The notes: a model not told the origin generated them from the letters alone. A stretch of 14,195 nt of DNA from Candidatus Sumerlaeia bacterium (GCA_038208905.1 JBBQYG010000099.1:1-14195), one strand, 5' to 3'; counted from the first letter of the stretch, positions 1-8,459 are shown. Numbers and translations are program-made.

Positions 1-1725
1 GGTGAACTCGGTGAATGCTTCGCGGATGTCCGAGGACAGCGCCGCCTGCTTTTCCGACATTTGCCCGTTGAAGGCCCCCACGGTGCCGGCCACATCCGTC
101 AGCGTCTTCGAGGCGCGTGTATAGTTCGCGGTGGCGGCGTCGCTTCCAATTCCATCAAGGAGCGCGGCGGGGGTCCTGCTGAAAAGCGAGAAGACGGCGT
201 CCTGATACTCCTCGTCGGCCAGCTTACCCCTCAGACTCCCTAGTGCCTGCGAATCAAGGGCCGTCTTCATGCGTTCGCGGACGGGTGATGCGAGGGCTTC
301 GAGTTCCGCGGCGGGCGACTTCTGGCGCGCGGCGACTTCCTTGAGGCGCTTTGCGATGGCATCGAAGTTCTGCATTGAGACGAGCGCGAAGAACTCATCC
401 TCCAACTCGATCGAGTTGCCGCCGTTCTGGTCCTGCCAGAGCTGACGCTGTGATCCAGTCGTCGTCAGGCTGTCGGCCACGCCCTCCATCATGCCCGAGT
501 TCGCGGGGCTCTGCTTCCACATCCCCGCGCGCGATTCCACGTCGCCGGCCAGATCGTTCAGCTGCGCGGCGGGATCGCCAATCGAAGCCTCAAGGCGCTT
601 GAGTTCGTTGAGGAACGCTTCGGGCCGCTCGTCCACGGGGATCGCCGTCACCGCCGCAAGCAGGACTTGAACACGGTCAGGAGAGAGGCCGTTGCGAGAC
701 TTCCAGTCCTCGACGGCGGCGCGCTGTCCGCGCTCCCATCGAATGCGAACTCCGTAGTCCACATCGCGTGTGAAGAGCTGCCGCCATGGATCAAGATTGC
801 CGAACATCCCGATGGCAAGCATCCCCACCAGCCCCCAGCCGATACCATGGTGCCAGCACACGCCGCCCGGAAGGCGGAGCTTGCGCGTGGCGCCGTGAAC
901 CAGAGAGAGCGAGAAGCAGAATCCCATCGACATCGTAAGCGCGAAAATCGTGGCAAGGCCCAGATTGAAGGCGGCGCGAGGACCCGTCCCCGTGGCCTTG
1001 GCGATGGTCGCCGTGACCAAGTGACCGCCGTAGTAGTAGTTCGTGGGCTCGCCGTTGAACCAGATATCCTTGGGTGGCATGTGGCTCGACGTGAGGATCG
1101 ACTGAAGGTGGGTGTAGTTCCCCCACTTCTCCGCTTGGTAGAGCGACAGCTCGAACGTCGCCCATGGGATGTACGACCTGACATTAACGAAGAACAGGAA
1201 CGCGACGACGAAAATGAAATGGGCGACGAACGCAGGGACGGCGACTCGGCGCAGCACCGCGACCAAGCCCGGCAAGTCATGGAGCCAGCAACAGATTGAT
1301 GCGACGGCGACGATGATGAGCGAAAACCAGATCGTAAACCCCGAATGGGGAAGCGGCAGGAGCCCCACCAAGGCCAGGGCAAGCGCGGGGAAGAAGAGCG
1401 CGATTCGATTCCCCCCGGCGTAGCCCCGCGTCCTGAACAGGAGCGCCAAGCTGAGCATCAGACTTGCCCCCGCTAGGCAAACGAGGCGGACGAATGTGGC
1501 CTCGCGCGCGCCGCCGAAACCCTCCATGGAAAAAAGCCAGGCGATCCACGTGGTCAGGATGATGCCAATGCCCGCCGACAGGCCGACGCCCCGATCCGCG
1601 AGGCCGCGGAACATCCGCAGGGCAAGGGGGAGCGCCGCAATCGAGGCTACCAGGCAGAAGGCAAGCCAAGGCGCTGCCTCTCCGAATGTCGAGAACCACC
1701 ATCGTATCGTGAGAAGCTGATTCAT
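1..1725 (-). CDS. DUF2298 / Chlor_Arch_YYY-family polytopic membrane protein (putative GT-C-like glycosyltransferase), 3' end beyond the window
   Basis: Manual translation from ATG 1725 gives 575 codons with no stop down to base 1 (absent from the ORF track because it is open-ended). N-terminus MNQLLTIRWWFSTFGEAAPWLAFCLVASIAALPLALRMFRGLADRG has the family 'F..L.DRG' motif. Several hydrophobic helices follow, then 'AEKWGNYTHLQSILTSSHMPPKDIWFNGEPTNYYYGGH' (YYY at nt 1030-1038), 'AFNLGLATIFAL' and 'GMFGNL'. Confidence 0.88.
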   Translation of the reverse strand, partial: MNQLLTIRWWFSTFGEAAPWLAFCLVASIAALPLALRMFRGLADRGVGLSAGIGIILTTWIAWLFSMEGFGGAREATFVRLVCLAGASLMLSLALLFRTRGYAGGNRIALFFPALALALVGLLPLPHSGFTIWFSLIIVAVASICCWLHDLPGLVAVLRRVAVPAFVAHFIFVVAFLFFVNVRSYIPWATFELSLYQAEKWGNYTHLQSILTSSHMPPKDIWFNGEPTNYYYGGHLVTATIAKATGTGPRAAFNLGLATIFALTMSMGFCFSLSLVHGATRKLRLPGGVCWHHGIGWGLVGMLAIGMFGNLDPWRQLFTRDVDYGVRIRWERGQRAAVEDWKSRNGLSPDRVQVLLAAVTAIPVDERPEAFLNELKRLEASIGDPAAQLNDLAGDVESRAGMWKQSPANSGMMEGVADSLTTTGSQRQLWQDQNGGNSIELEDEFFALVSMQNFDAIAKRLKEVAARQKSPAAELEALASPVRERMKTALDSQALGSLRGKLADEEYQDAVFSLFSRTPAALLDGIGSDAATANYTRASKTLTDVAGTVGAFNGQMSEKQAALSSDIREAFTEFT

Positions 1726-1964
1726 GGAGCGGCGATTGAATCCCCTCTTGCCGTGTTGGTATTGCCCTCGCCGTGTGCGGGGGGACAAGACTTCGCCACC
1801 GCACGGGCGCTCGAAGTTGACCACCTGCTTTTCCCGGTGGGAATTGGCAGCGGCAACGGTTTTCGTGACCGACCGACAAAAGTTGTCCCGTCCACGGTCG
1901 CGAACCGGGAGAAGACGCCCACCCGCCCCCACGGGCGCAACCATTTCAGGAGGAACACGTTCAG

Positions 1965-2834
1965 ATGCGAAGGCCAGAATTAGGATGCACCCCAAGTCGT
2001 TCAGTTCACGGGCGGGTATTCCGCCTCGCTATTGCCGTGTTGGGCGTCGCGATGCTGGCGGGATGCGGCGCCTTCCGCAGCATGGAACTCGCATCCGCCA
2101 ACCTCCTTTTCTCCCCCTCCTGGGAGGCGGGTCTGGGAGCGGGATTCGCCCCCGAAATCGAGGCCGATACCAAGATTTTGGACAATGCCGCGGCTCAGGC
2201 GTGGGTCACGGCGCTGGGGAACGAGCTGGTCAAGCACTCTCCGAAGACGGAGCAGTCCTTCACCTTCAAGGTAACGGCGTCTGAAGAAGTAAACGCCTTC
2301 GCTATTCCCGGGGGATTCTGCTATGTGAACATCGGGCTCCTCAAGTACGCGGACAGCGAAGCCGAGGTCGCGGCCGTGGTGGGGCACGAGATCAACCACG
2401 TCACGATGCGCCATGGGGTCCTTTCGCTCCAGCGCCGCCTTGTTCAACAGGGGGGGCTCGAGTTCGCGAAGCAATTGGCCGGGGCCGATCCCAGGTCCGC
2501 CGCCGTTGCATCCGCCGTGGCGGGAGCAGGTGGGATGGTCGCGACTCGCAGCTTTGGCCGCGAGGACGAGCGCGAGGCGGATCGCCTCGGAGTCGAGGCA
2601 ATCTATAAGGCGGGCTTCGACCCGCGTGCCGCGAAGACATTCTTCGAGAAGCTGGCCGCCATTCAGGCGAAGTCTGGCGGGGGTGGCGGCGGACCGCTGG
2701 ATCGGATGCTCTCGACCCACCCAGCAACCAAGGAACGCATTGCAAATATCGAGGCCCAAGTTTCCGAATACGACCTCAACGGGCCCTTTCGTCAGGATTC
2801 GCCGGAATTTCGCCGCCTGAAATCCCGACTTTAG
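1965..2834 (+). CDS. M48-family zinc metallopeptidase (BepA/YfgC/LoiP-like catalytic domain), predicted lipoprotein
   Basis: 'VNAFAIPGG', HEXXH in 'GHEINH', downstream Glu ligand in 'REDEREAD', and 'LSTHP....RI'. Hydrophobic N-region ends in lipobox LAGC. AGGAGG at 1948-1953 precedes ATG 1965. Confidence 0.93.
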   Translation: MRRPELGCTPSRSVHGRVFRLAIAVLGVAMLAGCGAFRSMELASANLLFSPSWEAGLGAGFAPEIEADTKILDNAAAQAWVTALGNELVKHSPKTEQSFTFKVTASEEVNAFAIPGGFCYVNIGLLKYADSEAEVAAVVGHEINHVTMRHGVLSLQRRLVQQGGLEFAKQLAGADPRSAAVASAVAGAGGMVATRSFGREDEREADRLGVEAIYKAGFDPRAAKTFFEKLAAIQAKSGGGGGGPLDRMLSTHPATKERIANIEAQVSEYDLNGPFRQDSPEFRRLKSRL

Positions 2835-2961
2835 GGCCAACAGTAGCTGCCCCCTCCAAAAAGGGTGTGACAGCCACAGGGAGTTGGTGTGACCGTAGTA
2901 AGCCGCTGAGTTGTGCCCCGCAGTCCTATGACTGCCGAATCTCTTGGGAATCCTGAGCCTC

Positions 2962-3792
2962 ATGAGTGAAGACGTACGGCTTTCGATCCATCGCTACTTT
3001 GAGGAATTCGGCTTCGAGATTGGCGAGGCCATCTTCAAAGAATTGTGTAGGCCGGGCGGGTTGCCGAAGCTACTCAAGAAGCTCTCGGTTCCCTCCGAGG
3101 GGAGCGTGGAGGAGCAGTACGCCATTCTGATTCAATATCTTAGGGCTCGTGGTACAAACGACTTTATGAAGCTGGTGGGCCTGAAGCCCATCGACTACAA
3201 AATCGGCTTCGTCCCGTCGGACTCGCAAAAGAACGCGCGCGACCGGAAGTCCATGCAGCCGTCCCGTGCAGGTGGTAGTGCGGATAGCAGCACGCAGGCC
3301 GTAGGGGGTAAATCCCCCGATTCGCTGATGGAGACGCGAAAACTGAAACCAGCGGAATTGCCGCCTCCTCGCCCGGCCTCGACGTCACAGACCCCTCCGC
3401 GCGCCGCCACTCCCCCGCCGTCTCCCATCGAACCTCCCAAGCCGACGGGCACGCCCCATCCACGGCCCGCCTCCATTGCTGACAAGAAGGCGATTGCGGG
3501 GCGGCAGAATTCCTATGATGTGGTCGATAGCGAGGGGTTTCCTGTGGGCCCCCTGATGCCGGGGGCTCCACCCGCGGGCGGCCAGCCGGGGCTCTCCTGG
3601 GATACCGCCAAGCCGTTCGATCCCAACGGAACCTGGCCCGAAGCGGAACGTCGCAGCCCCCGCGAGCGGCGCCGACGCGGAGATCGCCGCTCCGCAATCG
3701 ATCTCGTTTACAAAAACCTGCGTTACGGCAGAGACCGCCGCCAGTCGGGCGAGCGGCGCAAGGGGTGGCCCTGGGGCGGGCACCAGAAGTGA
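2962..3792 (+). CDS. Hypothetical protein: ~85-aa helical N-domain, Pro/Ser-rich linker, Arg-rich C-terminal tail with five (D/E)RR motifs
   Basis: Fills the gap between co-oriented genes with coding-like codon usage. ATG 2962 preferred over TTG 2944. Tail: WPEAERRSPRERRRRGDRRSAIDLVYKNLRYGRDRRQSGERRKGWPW. Confidence 0.8.
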   Translation: MSEDVRLSIHRYFEEFGFEIGEAIFKELCRPGGLPKLLKKLSVPSEGSVEEQYAILIQYLRARGTNDFMKLVGLKPIDYKIGFVPSDSQKNARDRKSMQPSRAGGSADSSTQAVGGKSPDSLMETRKLKPAELPPPRPASTSQTPPRAATPPPSPIEPPKPTGTPHPRPASIADKKAIAGRQNSYDVVDSEGFPVGPLMPGAPPAGGQPGLSWDTAKPFDPNGTWPEAERRSPRERRRRGDRRSAIDLVYKNLRYGRDRRQSGERRKGWPWGGHQK

Positions 3793-3843
3793 ACCCGGAA
3801 GGGAGGCTTGCGTTTGATCGGCCAGTCGCCCCCTGATTGACGA

Positions 3844-5559
3844 ATGATTCGGCTGAAGAACGTCTCCAAGCGCTTCAAGCTCTACCAAGCCCCATCGGAC
3901 CGGCTCGCCGAATGGGTGGGGCTGGGCCGGAGGCATCAAGTATTCGAAGTCCTCCGCGACATCAATCTGGATATACCAAGGGGCCGGACCACCGGTATCG
4001 TTGGCGCGAATGGCGCGGGGAAGAGCACGCTCCTCAAGTTGATCGCGGGCACGCTTCTGCCCACCACGGGAACCATCGAGATCGAGGGCCGGGTGGCGGC
4101 GCTGCTGGAGCTCGGAACCGGTTTTCATCCCGAATTCACCGGTCGCCAGAATATTCACGTCAACGGGCAGTTGCTGGGGCTGACGGGCGAAGAAACCGCG
4201 CGCCTGGAGCCGGAGATCATCGCGTTCTCCGAGCTGGGGCCCTTCATCGACCAGCCTATCAGGACGTATTCCTCCGGCATGGTGATGCGGCTGGGATTCT
4301 CCATCGCGGCATCGGTCAGCCCCGATGTCCTGATCGTGGATGAGGCACTGTCGGTTGGCGACGCACGCTTCTCGCAGAAGTGCATCCGCCGCATCCGCGA
4401 GTTCCGCGACCATGGGACCACGATCCTCTTCGTCAGCCATGACCCCGGCGCGGTGACGACTCTCTGCGACGATGCCATCCTCATGGAGAATGGCGAAGTG
4501 AGGACGCGTGGGCTGCCGCGCGACGTGCTCGACGAGTACAACGCGGTGCTTGCGGCGAAGGGCTCGGGCAATGTGGCGATGCGCATTACGCGCACCAGCG
4601 TCGATGGCACACTTCAGCGCGTAAGGCGCCATGGGACATTTCAGGCAGTAATCACGAGGCTGGAACTGCTGCGCGAGGACGGCACACCGACGGATATTTT
4701 CCACCCTCGCGATACAATGCGCGTGCTAATCAGGGCGGTTTTCCTGACGGACGTTGTCGATCCGTCGATCGGTTTCATGATGAAGGACAGGCTCGGCAAC
4801 GGGCTCTTCGGCACGAACACGGCTTTGCGCCGTGGGGCCCGGATTGGACCCTGCAAGGCGGGCGAGTACGTGGATCTGGAAGTGCGACTTCCGCTGCGAC
4901 TCGGATACGGCGACTACAATATCACGGTGGCGATTCACGAGGACGAGACGCATCTTGAGGCCTGCTACGAGTGGGCCGACAACGCCGCGATCTTCCATGT
5001 CCGCCACGAGGCAAAGCCCGACTGGACGGGGATGCTGGTGCTGGATCCCGAGCTTGTCGTGACCAAGGGGGTAACGGATGGCGAGGAGATCGAGCATTCG
5101 CTGGCGGAACGGTTCGATGGCATCGAGGATCCTCTCCTGCCCGCCGCCTCCGAACCGTCGCCGTTTCTCTCGGGATTTCGCCAGCCGGATTCGGACGCCC
5201 ACGGCCCGCGGCGGGTGATGGAGCCCACGGCGCTCTTCGCGTTTCGGCCCGCGACCGCAACGCTTCGCTTGCGCGTGGGAACGCTTGGCGAAAGCTTGGC
5301 GCTTCCAGTGGAGGTGGAGATGAGATTCCCCACCCGCCTGAAGGAGCCACCTCGTTCGGCGACGCTGACGGAGGAAGTCGGAACACTGGAGTTCGAACTG
5401 CCCCACGACATGGCGGGGCGAATGGGCCTGTTCGAGCTGGAGACAAAGTCGAGTGCGCCGGGCCCATGCCTGGCGTTCCACCGAGCGGAGAGCGCCCCGC
5501 ACACCCAGGAAGGCACGGAATGGCAAGATACGAGCCCCGCGAAATTGTCGAGAACCTAG
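3844..5559 (+). CDS. wzt: Polysaccharide/O-antigen ABC exporter ATP-binding subunit (Wzt/TagH/RfbB type) with Wzt_C carbohydrate-binding domain and an extra C-terminal domain
   Basis: Walker A GANGAGKST; 'LLELGTGFHPEFTGRQN'; signature YSSGMVMRLGF; Walker B LIVDEALSVGD..F..KC; H-loop VSHD. aa ~265-405 match the Wzt_C pattern (IGFMMKDRLG..LFGTNT, LGYGDYNITVAIH, EWADNAAIFHV, GMLVL). Confidence 0.93.
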   Translation: MIRLKNVSKRFKLYQAPSDRLAEWVGLGRRHQVFEVLRDINLDIPRGRTTGIVGANGAGKSTLLKLIAGTLLPTTGTIEIEGRVAALLELGTGFHPEFTGRQNIHVNGQLLGLTGEETARLEPEIIAFSELGPFIDQPIRTYSSGMVMRLGFSIAASVSPDVLIVDEALSVGDARFSQKCIRRIREFRDHGTTILFVSHDPGAVTTLCDDAILMENGEVRTRGLPRDVLDEYNAVLAAKGSGNVAMRITRTSVDGTLQRVRRHGTFQAVITRLELLREDGTPTDIFHPRDTMRVLIRAVFLTDVVDPSIGFMMKDRLGNGLFGTNTALRRGARIGPCKAGEYVDLEVRLPLRLGYGDYNITVAIHEDETHLEACYEWADNAAIFHVRHEAKPDWTGMLVLDPELVVTKGVTDGEEIEHSLAERFDGIEDPLLPAASEPSPFLSGFRQPDSDAHGPRRVMEPTALFAFRPATATLRLRVGTLGESLALPVEVEMRFPTRLKEPPRSATLTEEVGTLEFELPHDMAGRMGLFELETKSSAPGPCLAFHRAESAPHTQEGTEWQDTSPAKLSRT

Positions 5560-7100
5560 AGGGCGAGGCCAGAGCCCCCGCGACAATTCTCGAAAAACTA
5601 AAGAGTCCCCTCGGCGTCCTGAAGGAGCATCAGGCGGTGGACCGCGTGCCGGAGGGCGCGCGCCTGAGGCCGATCAAGTCGGCGCTTTCGAAGCTCATGA
5701 GCATCGTCGCTTCGCGACAGGCCACCTACAACTCCGGCAACATCGAAATCATCGAGGCGCTTGCGGCGGAAGTGGATCGCCTTCGGCGAAAAGTCCAGGC
5801 GGCGGAGGACAGTCCCGCCCGTGTTTTCGGCATGTCGGAGCTAGGCGCGGCGGAGACCGCGCGCCTGCGCGGAACGGTTGAGCATCACTTCCACAGCGTG
5901 CAGCGGAACCTCGACCACGTGACGCGCAACCTTGGCCAGATGGCGGGCTCGGTTGCGGAGCTGGTCGAGAACCTGGAACTTGTCGCGGGGAAGCTCGACA
6001 GCGTGAACACGGCGCAGGAGGACTTCCACACGCAGGCGGCGGGGGCGCGGCTCGACGTGACACGGCTGTGGACGGAGGTGGGCGTGCTCTATGAGAATGT
6101 GGAGCAGCGCGCGGACGATCTGTGGCGCGGGCTTGAGGAGCGCGACACGCAGCTCGTCCTCAACGCCGACGCAGCGCGGGATCTTCACACGAAGGTTGGT
6201 TCCGCCGAGGCGGGGATGAAGGAACTGCGCGCGCGGATTCTGGTGCTGGGCGAGCAGATCGCGTTGCAGCAGGAAATGCTGGACAACATGAAGGGCGCGG
6301 TGTTGCCCGCCCGTGCGGGCATAGCCGGTGGCGAGGCCGCCGCGCGCGCCGCGCGCACCCCGACGGCGAATGGCCCCGATGATTCCGTGTCCCAGCGCCA
6401 GCTCGATCTCGCCTACCTCCGATTCCAGCGGGAGTTCCGCGCCGACGAGGCGGACCTGCGCGCGCGCCAGCAATCCTACGTCACACTGCTGCGAGCGCAC
6501 CTGCCCCCCCGCGAGCCGGGTGCGCGGCCCTACGCGCTGGATGTCGCGTGCGGCGATGGGATTTTCGTGGAGCTTCTCGCGCGCGATGGCTGGGACGCCG
6601 AGGGCGTGGATATCAACCGCGCCATGGTGAAAATTGGCACGGAGCGCGGACTGAACATCACCGAGGACGACGCGATCGAGTACCTGGAGGCCGCGGAGCA
6701 GGGAACGCTCGACGCGGTGTCGATGTTCCAGTTCGTGGAGCATCTTCCCCCCGCGGCGCTGATGCGCGTGCTCCGCGCTGCTTTCCGCGCTCTCAAGCCG
6801 GCCGGTCTGCTGCTCGTGGAGACGATCAATCCGCGCACGATGAAGTCGCTGCACTGGTATCATCTCGATCTGTCGCACGAGCGACTGGTTTTTCCGGAGA
6901 TGCTTTCGCTTCTCGCGGAGACGGCAGGGCTATCTCCTGTCGAGTGGAAAGGCATCAACCCCGTGGCGGCGGAGCAGCGGCTGGCGGGTGGCTCCACGGC
7001 GGACGAGGTTTCGAATATCGCCAAGCTGAACGACTTCCTTTTCGGCGACCAGGACTACTACCTGTTGGCACGCAAGCCGACCGCGCGAGTTGCGACGTAG
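5520..7100 (+). CDS. Coiled-coil + class I SAM-dependent methyltransferase, WbdD/WsaE-like glycan chain terminator candidate
   Basis: ATG 5520 follows AGGAAGG and overlaps the wzt end by 40 nt. N-terminal amphipathic segment plus long heptad-rich region, then 'AYLRFQREFR', motif I 'ALDVACGDG', 'GVDIN', 'FVEHL', 'LKPAGLLLVETINP', 'LDLSH' and 'QDYYLLARK', typical of methyltransferases in ABC-dependent O-polysaccharide loci. Confidence 0.87.
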   Translation: MARYEPREIVENLEGEARAPATILEKLKSPLGVLKEHQAVDRVPEGARLRPIKSALSKLMSIVASRQATYNSGNIEIIEALAAEVDRLRRKVQAAEDSPARVFGMSELGAAETARLRGTVEHHFHSVQRNLDHVTRNLGQMAGSVAELVENLELVAGKLDSVNTAQEDFHTQAAGARLDVTRLWTEVGVLYENVEQRADDLWRGLEERDTQLVLNADAARDLHTKVGSAEAGMKELRARILVLGEQIALQQEMLDNMKGAVLPARAGIAGGEAAARAARTPTANGPDDSVSQRQLDLAYLRFQREFRADEADLRARQQSYVTLLRAHLPPREPGARPYALDVACGDGIFVELLARDGWDAEGVDINRAMVKIGTERGLNITEDDAIEYLEAAEQGTLDAVSMFQFVEHLPPAALMRVLRAAFRALKPAGLLLVETINPRTMKSLHWYHLDLSHERLVFPEMLSLLAETAGLSPVEWKGINPVAAEQRLAGGSTADEVSNIAKLNDFLFGDQDYYLLARKPTARVAT

Positions 7101-7172
7101 ATACCCCTTGCGGGTGAGCGGGGGCCAACACACCTTCGCAGGTTGACCACTTCAAAGGATGAAAATTAATCG

Positions 7173-8390
7173 ATGAAAGTACTTCGCACTTTTGCCATGA
7201 TCGCCGCTGCGGGCGCCACGTTCGCGGGAATCCCGATGATTCCCGGCGGCATGTCCCTCGCCACCGCGCAGGAGGCCACCGCCTTCGTTCCCTTCGAGGG
7301 TGCCGTCCCCGCGTCAACAGTGACCTCTGCTCAGATTGGTCAGACTGTCACCATCGAGGGCTCCGTCGTGGACTTTATCGAGTCGCGTGCCGAGCGGGCT
7401 CCGCACCAGATGGTCCTCGCAAAGAATGGCGAGCAGTCGGTCATGGTGATTTATTGGCAGGACCTCTCTGCGGCACTCCATGGCGACAAGGGCGCACCCA
7501 AGCCGGGTACGCGCGTGAGCGCGAAAGGACAGCTTTCGGACTATCGCGGCAACATCCAGTTACGCGTGAGGACCGCCGACCAGATCCGCATCGAGGGCTA
7601 TGCCGCAGTGGCCTCCGGGGCGCCTGCTGCTCCGGCTCCCCGCCCCCCTGCGGCGCCAGCGGCCGAGGCGGTTCCAAAGCCGGGCGAAGATGGCTATTTC
7701 ACGGCCGCCGATCTACCCCGCATGGGACCGCTGAAGGGCGGGATGCTTTCCCTTCGCGGTCAGACTACAGGATTTCGCGCGTCCTGGAGCGAAACTGCCC
7801 CCAATGTGATTGAAGTGGCGGAAGGACCCAACAAGATCGAAGTGGTTTACTGGACAACCCCCGGCGAAACGGCGCCGGATTTCAGCAAGCCGGGCACGCC
7901 GATCTATGCCACGGGAACTTTTCAGGAATATCGCGAGAGGCTTCAGCTCAAGGTGGACGAACTGGCTTCCCTCTCGGCCACTCCCCTTGCCGCCGAGCGC
8001 GTCGTGCGCCCCGCGGCCCCGGGAACGCCTGGCACCAACGCCGCAGAAGGCTGGCCCGGCAAGACCGTTTCCGCGGGCCTTCCGGAGGCCGTGAAGCTGG
8101 AAGAAGGCGCGACGCTGCCGATCCGCAGTATTGGTTCCCAGCACGCGGGAAACACCATCAAGCTGGAGGGCGCCGTGCATCGCACGGAGAAGACGGCGGC
8201 TGGCCTTGCCATCTATCTGAGGGATGGACAGGCGACCATCCGGGTGAACGCGCCCGCAGAGGCGCCCGCCCCAGCGGACGGTACAAGGCTTAGCGCGACT
8301 GGGAAACTCACTTTCAGCGGGCTCCGAAGCGCGACGGAGTTGGATGTCACCGACGCCGCAAGCTTGGAGGTTGTGGCGCCAACGCCCTGA
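7173..8390 (+). CDS. Secreted protein with three tandem OB-fold-like repeats separated by Pro/Ala linkers
   Basis: Signal peptide ending ATA|QE. Repeats at aa ~45-141, ~185-268 and ~315-401 share 'G..V.(I/L).G', 'V.YW' (repeats 1-2) and 'GT.(V/I/L).A.G....YR...QL.V' (degenerate in repeat 3), resembling tRNA_anti-codon/YhcR-type OB folds. Confidence 0.78.
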   Translation: MKVLRTFAMIAAAGATFAGIPMIPGGMSLATAQEATAFVPFEGAVPASTVTSAQIGQTVTIEGSVVDFIESRAERAPHQMVLAKNGEQSVMVIYWQDLSAALHGDKGAPKPGTRVSAKGQLSDYRGNIQLRVRTADQIRIEGYAAVASGAPAAPAPRPPAAPAAEAVPKPGEDGYFTAADLPRMGPLKGGMLSLRGQTTGFRASWSETAPNVIEVAEGPNKIEVVYWTTPGETAPDFSKPGTPIYATGTFQEYRERLQLKVDELASLSATPLAAERVVRPAAPGTPGTNAAEGWPGKTVSAGLPEAVKLEEGATLPIRSIGSQHAGNTIKLEGAVHRTEKTAAGLAIYLRDGQATIRVNAPAEAPAPADGTRLSATGKLTFSGLRSATELDVTDAASLEVVAPTP

Positions 8391-8438
8391 TTTGCCTTGC
8401 GGTAAAGCGGCCCTGCTTGGCACCTAGCGCGTCGCCAA

Positions 8439-8459
8439 CGGAGGGGGTCACCCCCTCCG
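8439..8459. terminator. Perfect GC-rich inverted repeat (CGGAGGGGGT-C-ACCCCCTCCG); possible terminator/stabiliser hairpin
   Basis: 10+1+10 palindrome ~50 nt after the stop at 8390. No U-tract, so terminator function is uncertain. Confidence 0.4.

Noticed and set aside
1722..1983. Small ORFs 1722-1958 (-) and 1753-1983 (+) in the divergent intergenic region
   Set aside because: No motifs or convincing RBS; the space is needed for two divergent promoters and one ORF overlaps the M48 RBS.
4971..5519. ORF-track start at 4971 for the methyltransferase (709 aa)
   Set aside because: The extension lies inside wzt in another frame and is Gly/Arg/Ala-rich noise. ATG 5520 has a good RBS.
7143..7170. 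TTGACC...ATTAAT as a sigma-70 promoter
   Set aside because: It would place the transcription start at or after the ATG at 7173.
8417..8435. TTGGCAC as a sigma-54 -24 element (also TTGGCAT near 9820)
   Set aside because: The required TTGC -12 element is absent at the correct spacing in both cases.
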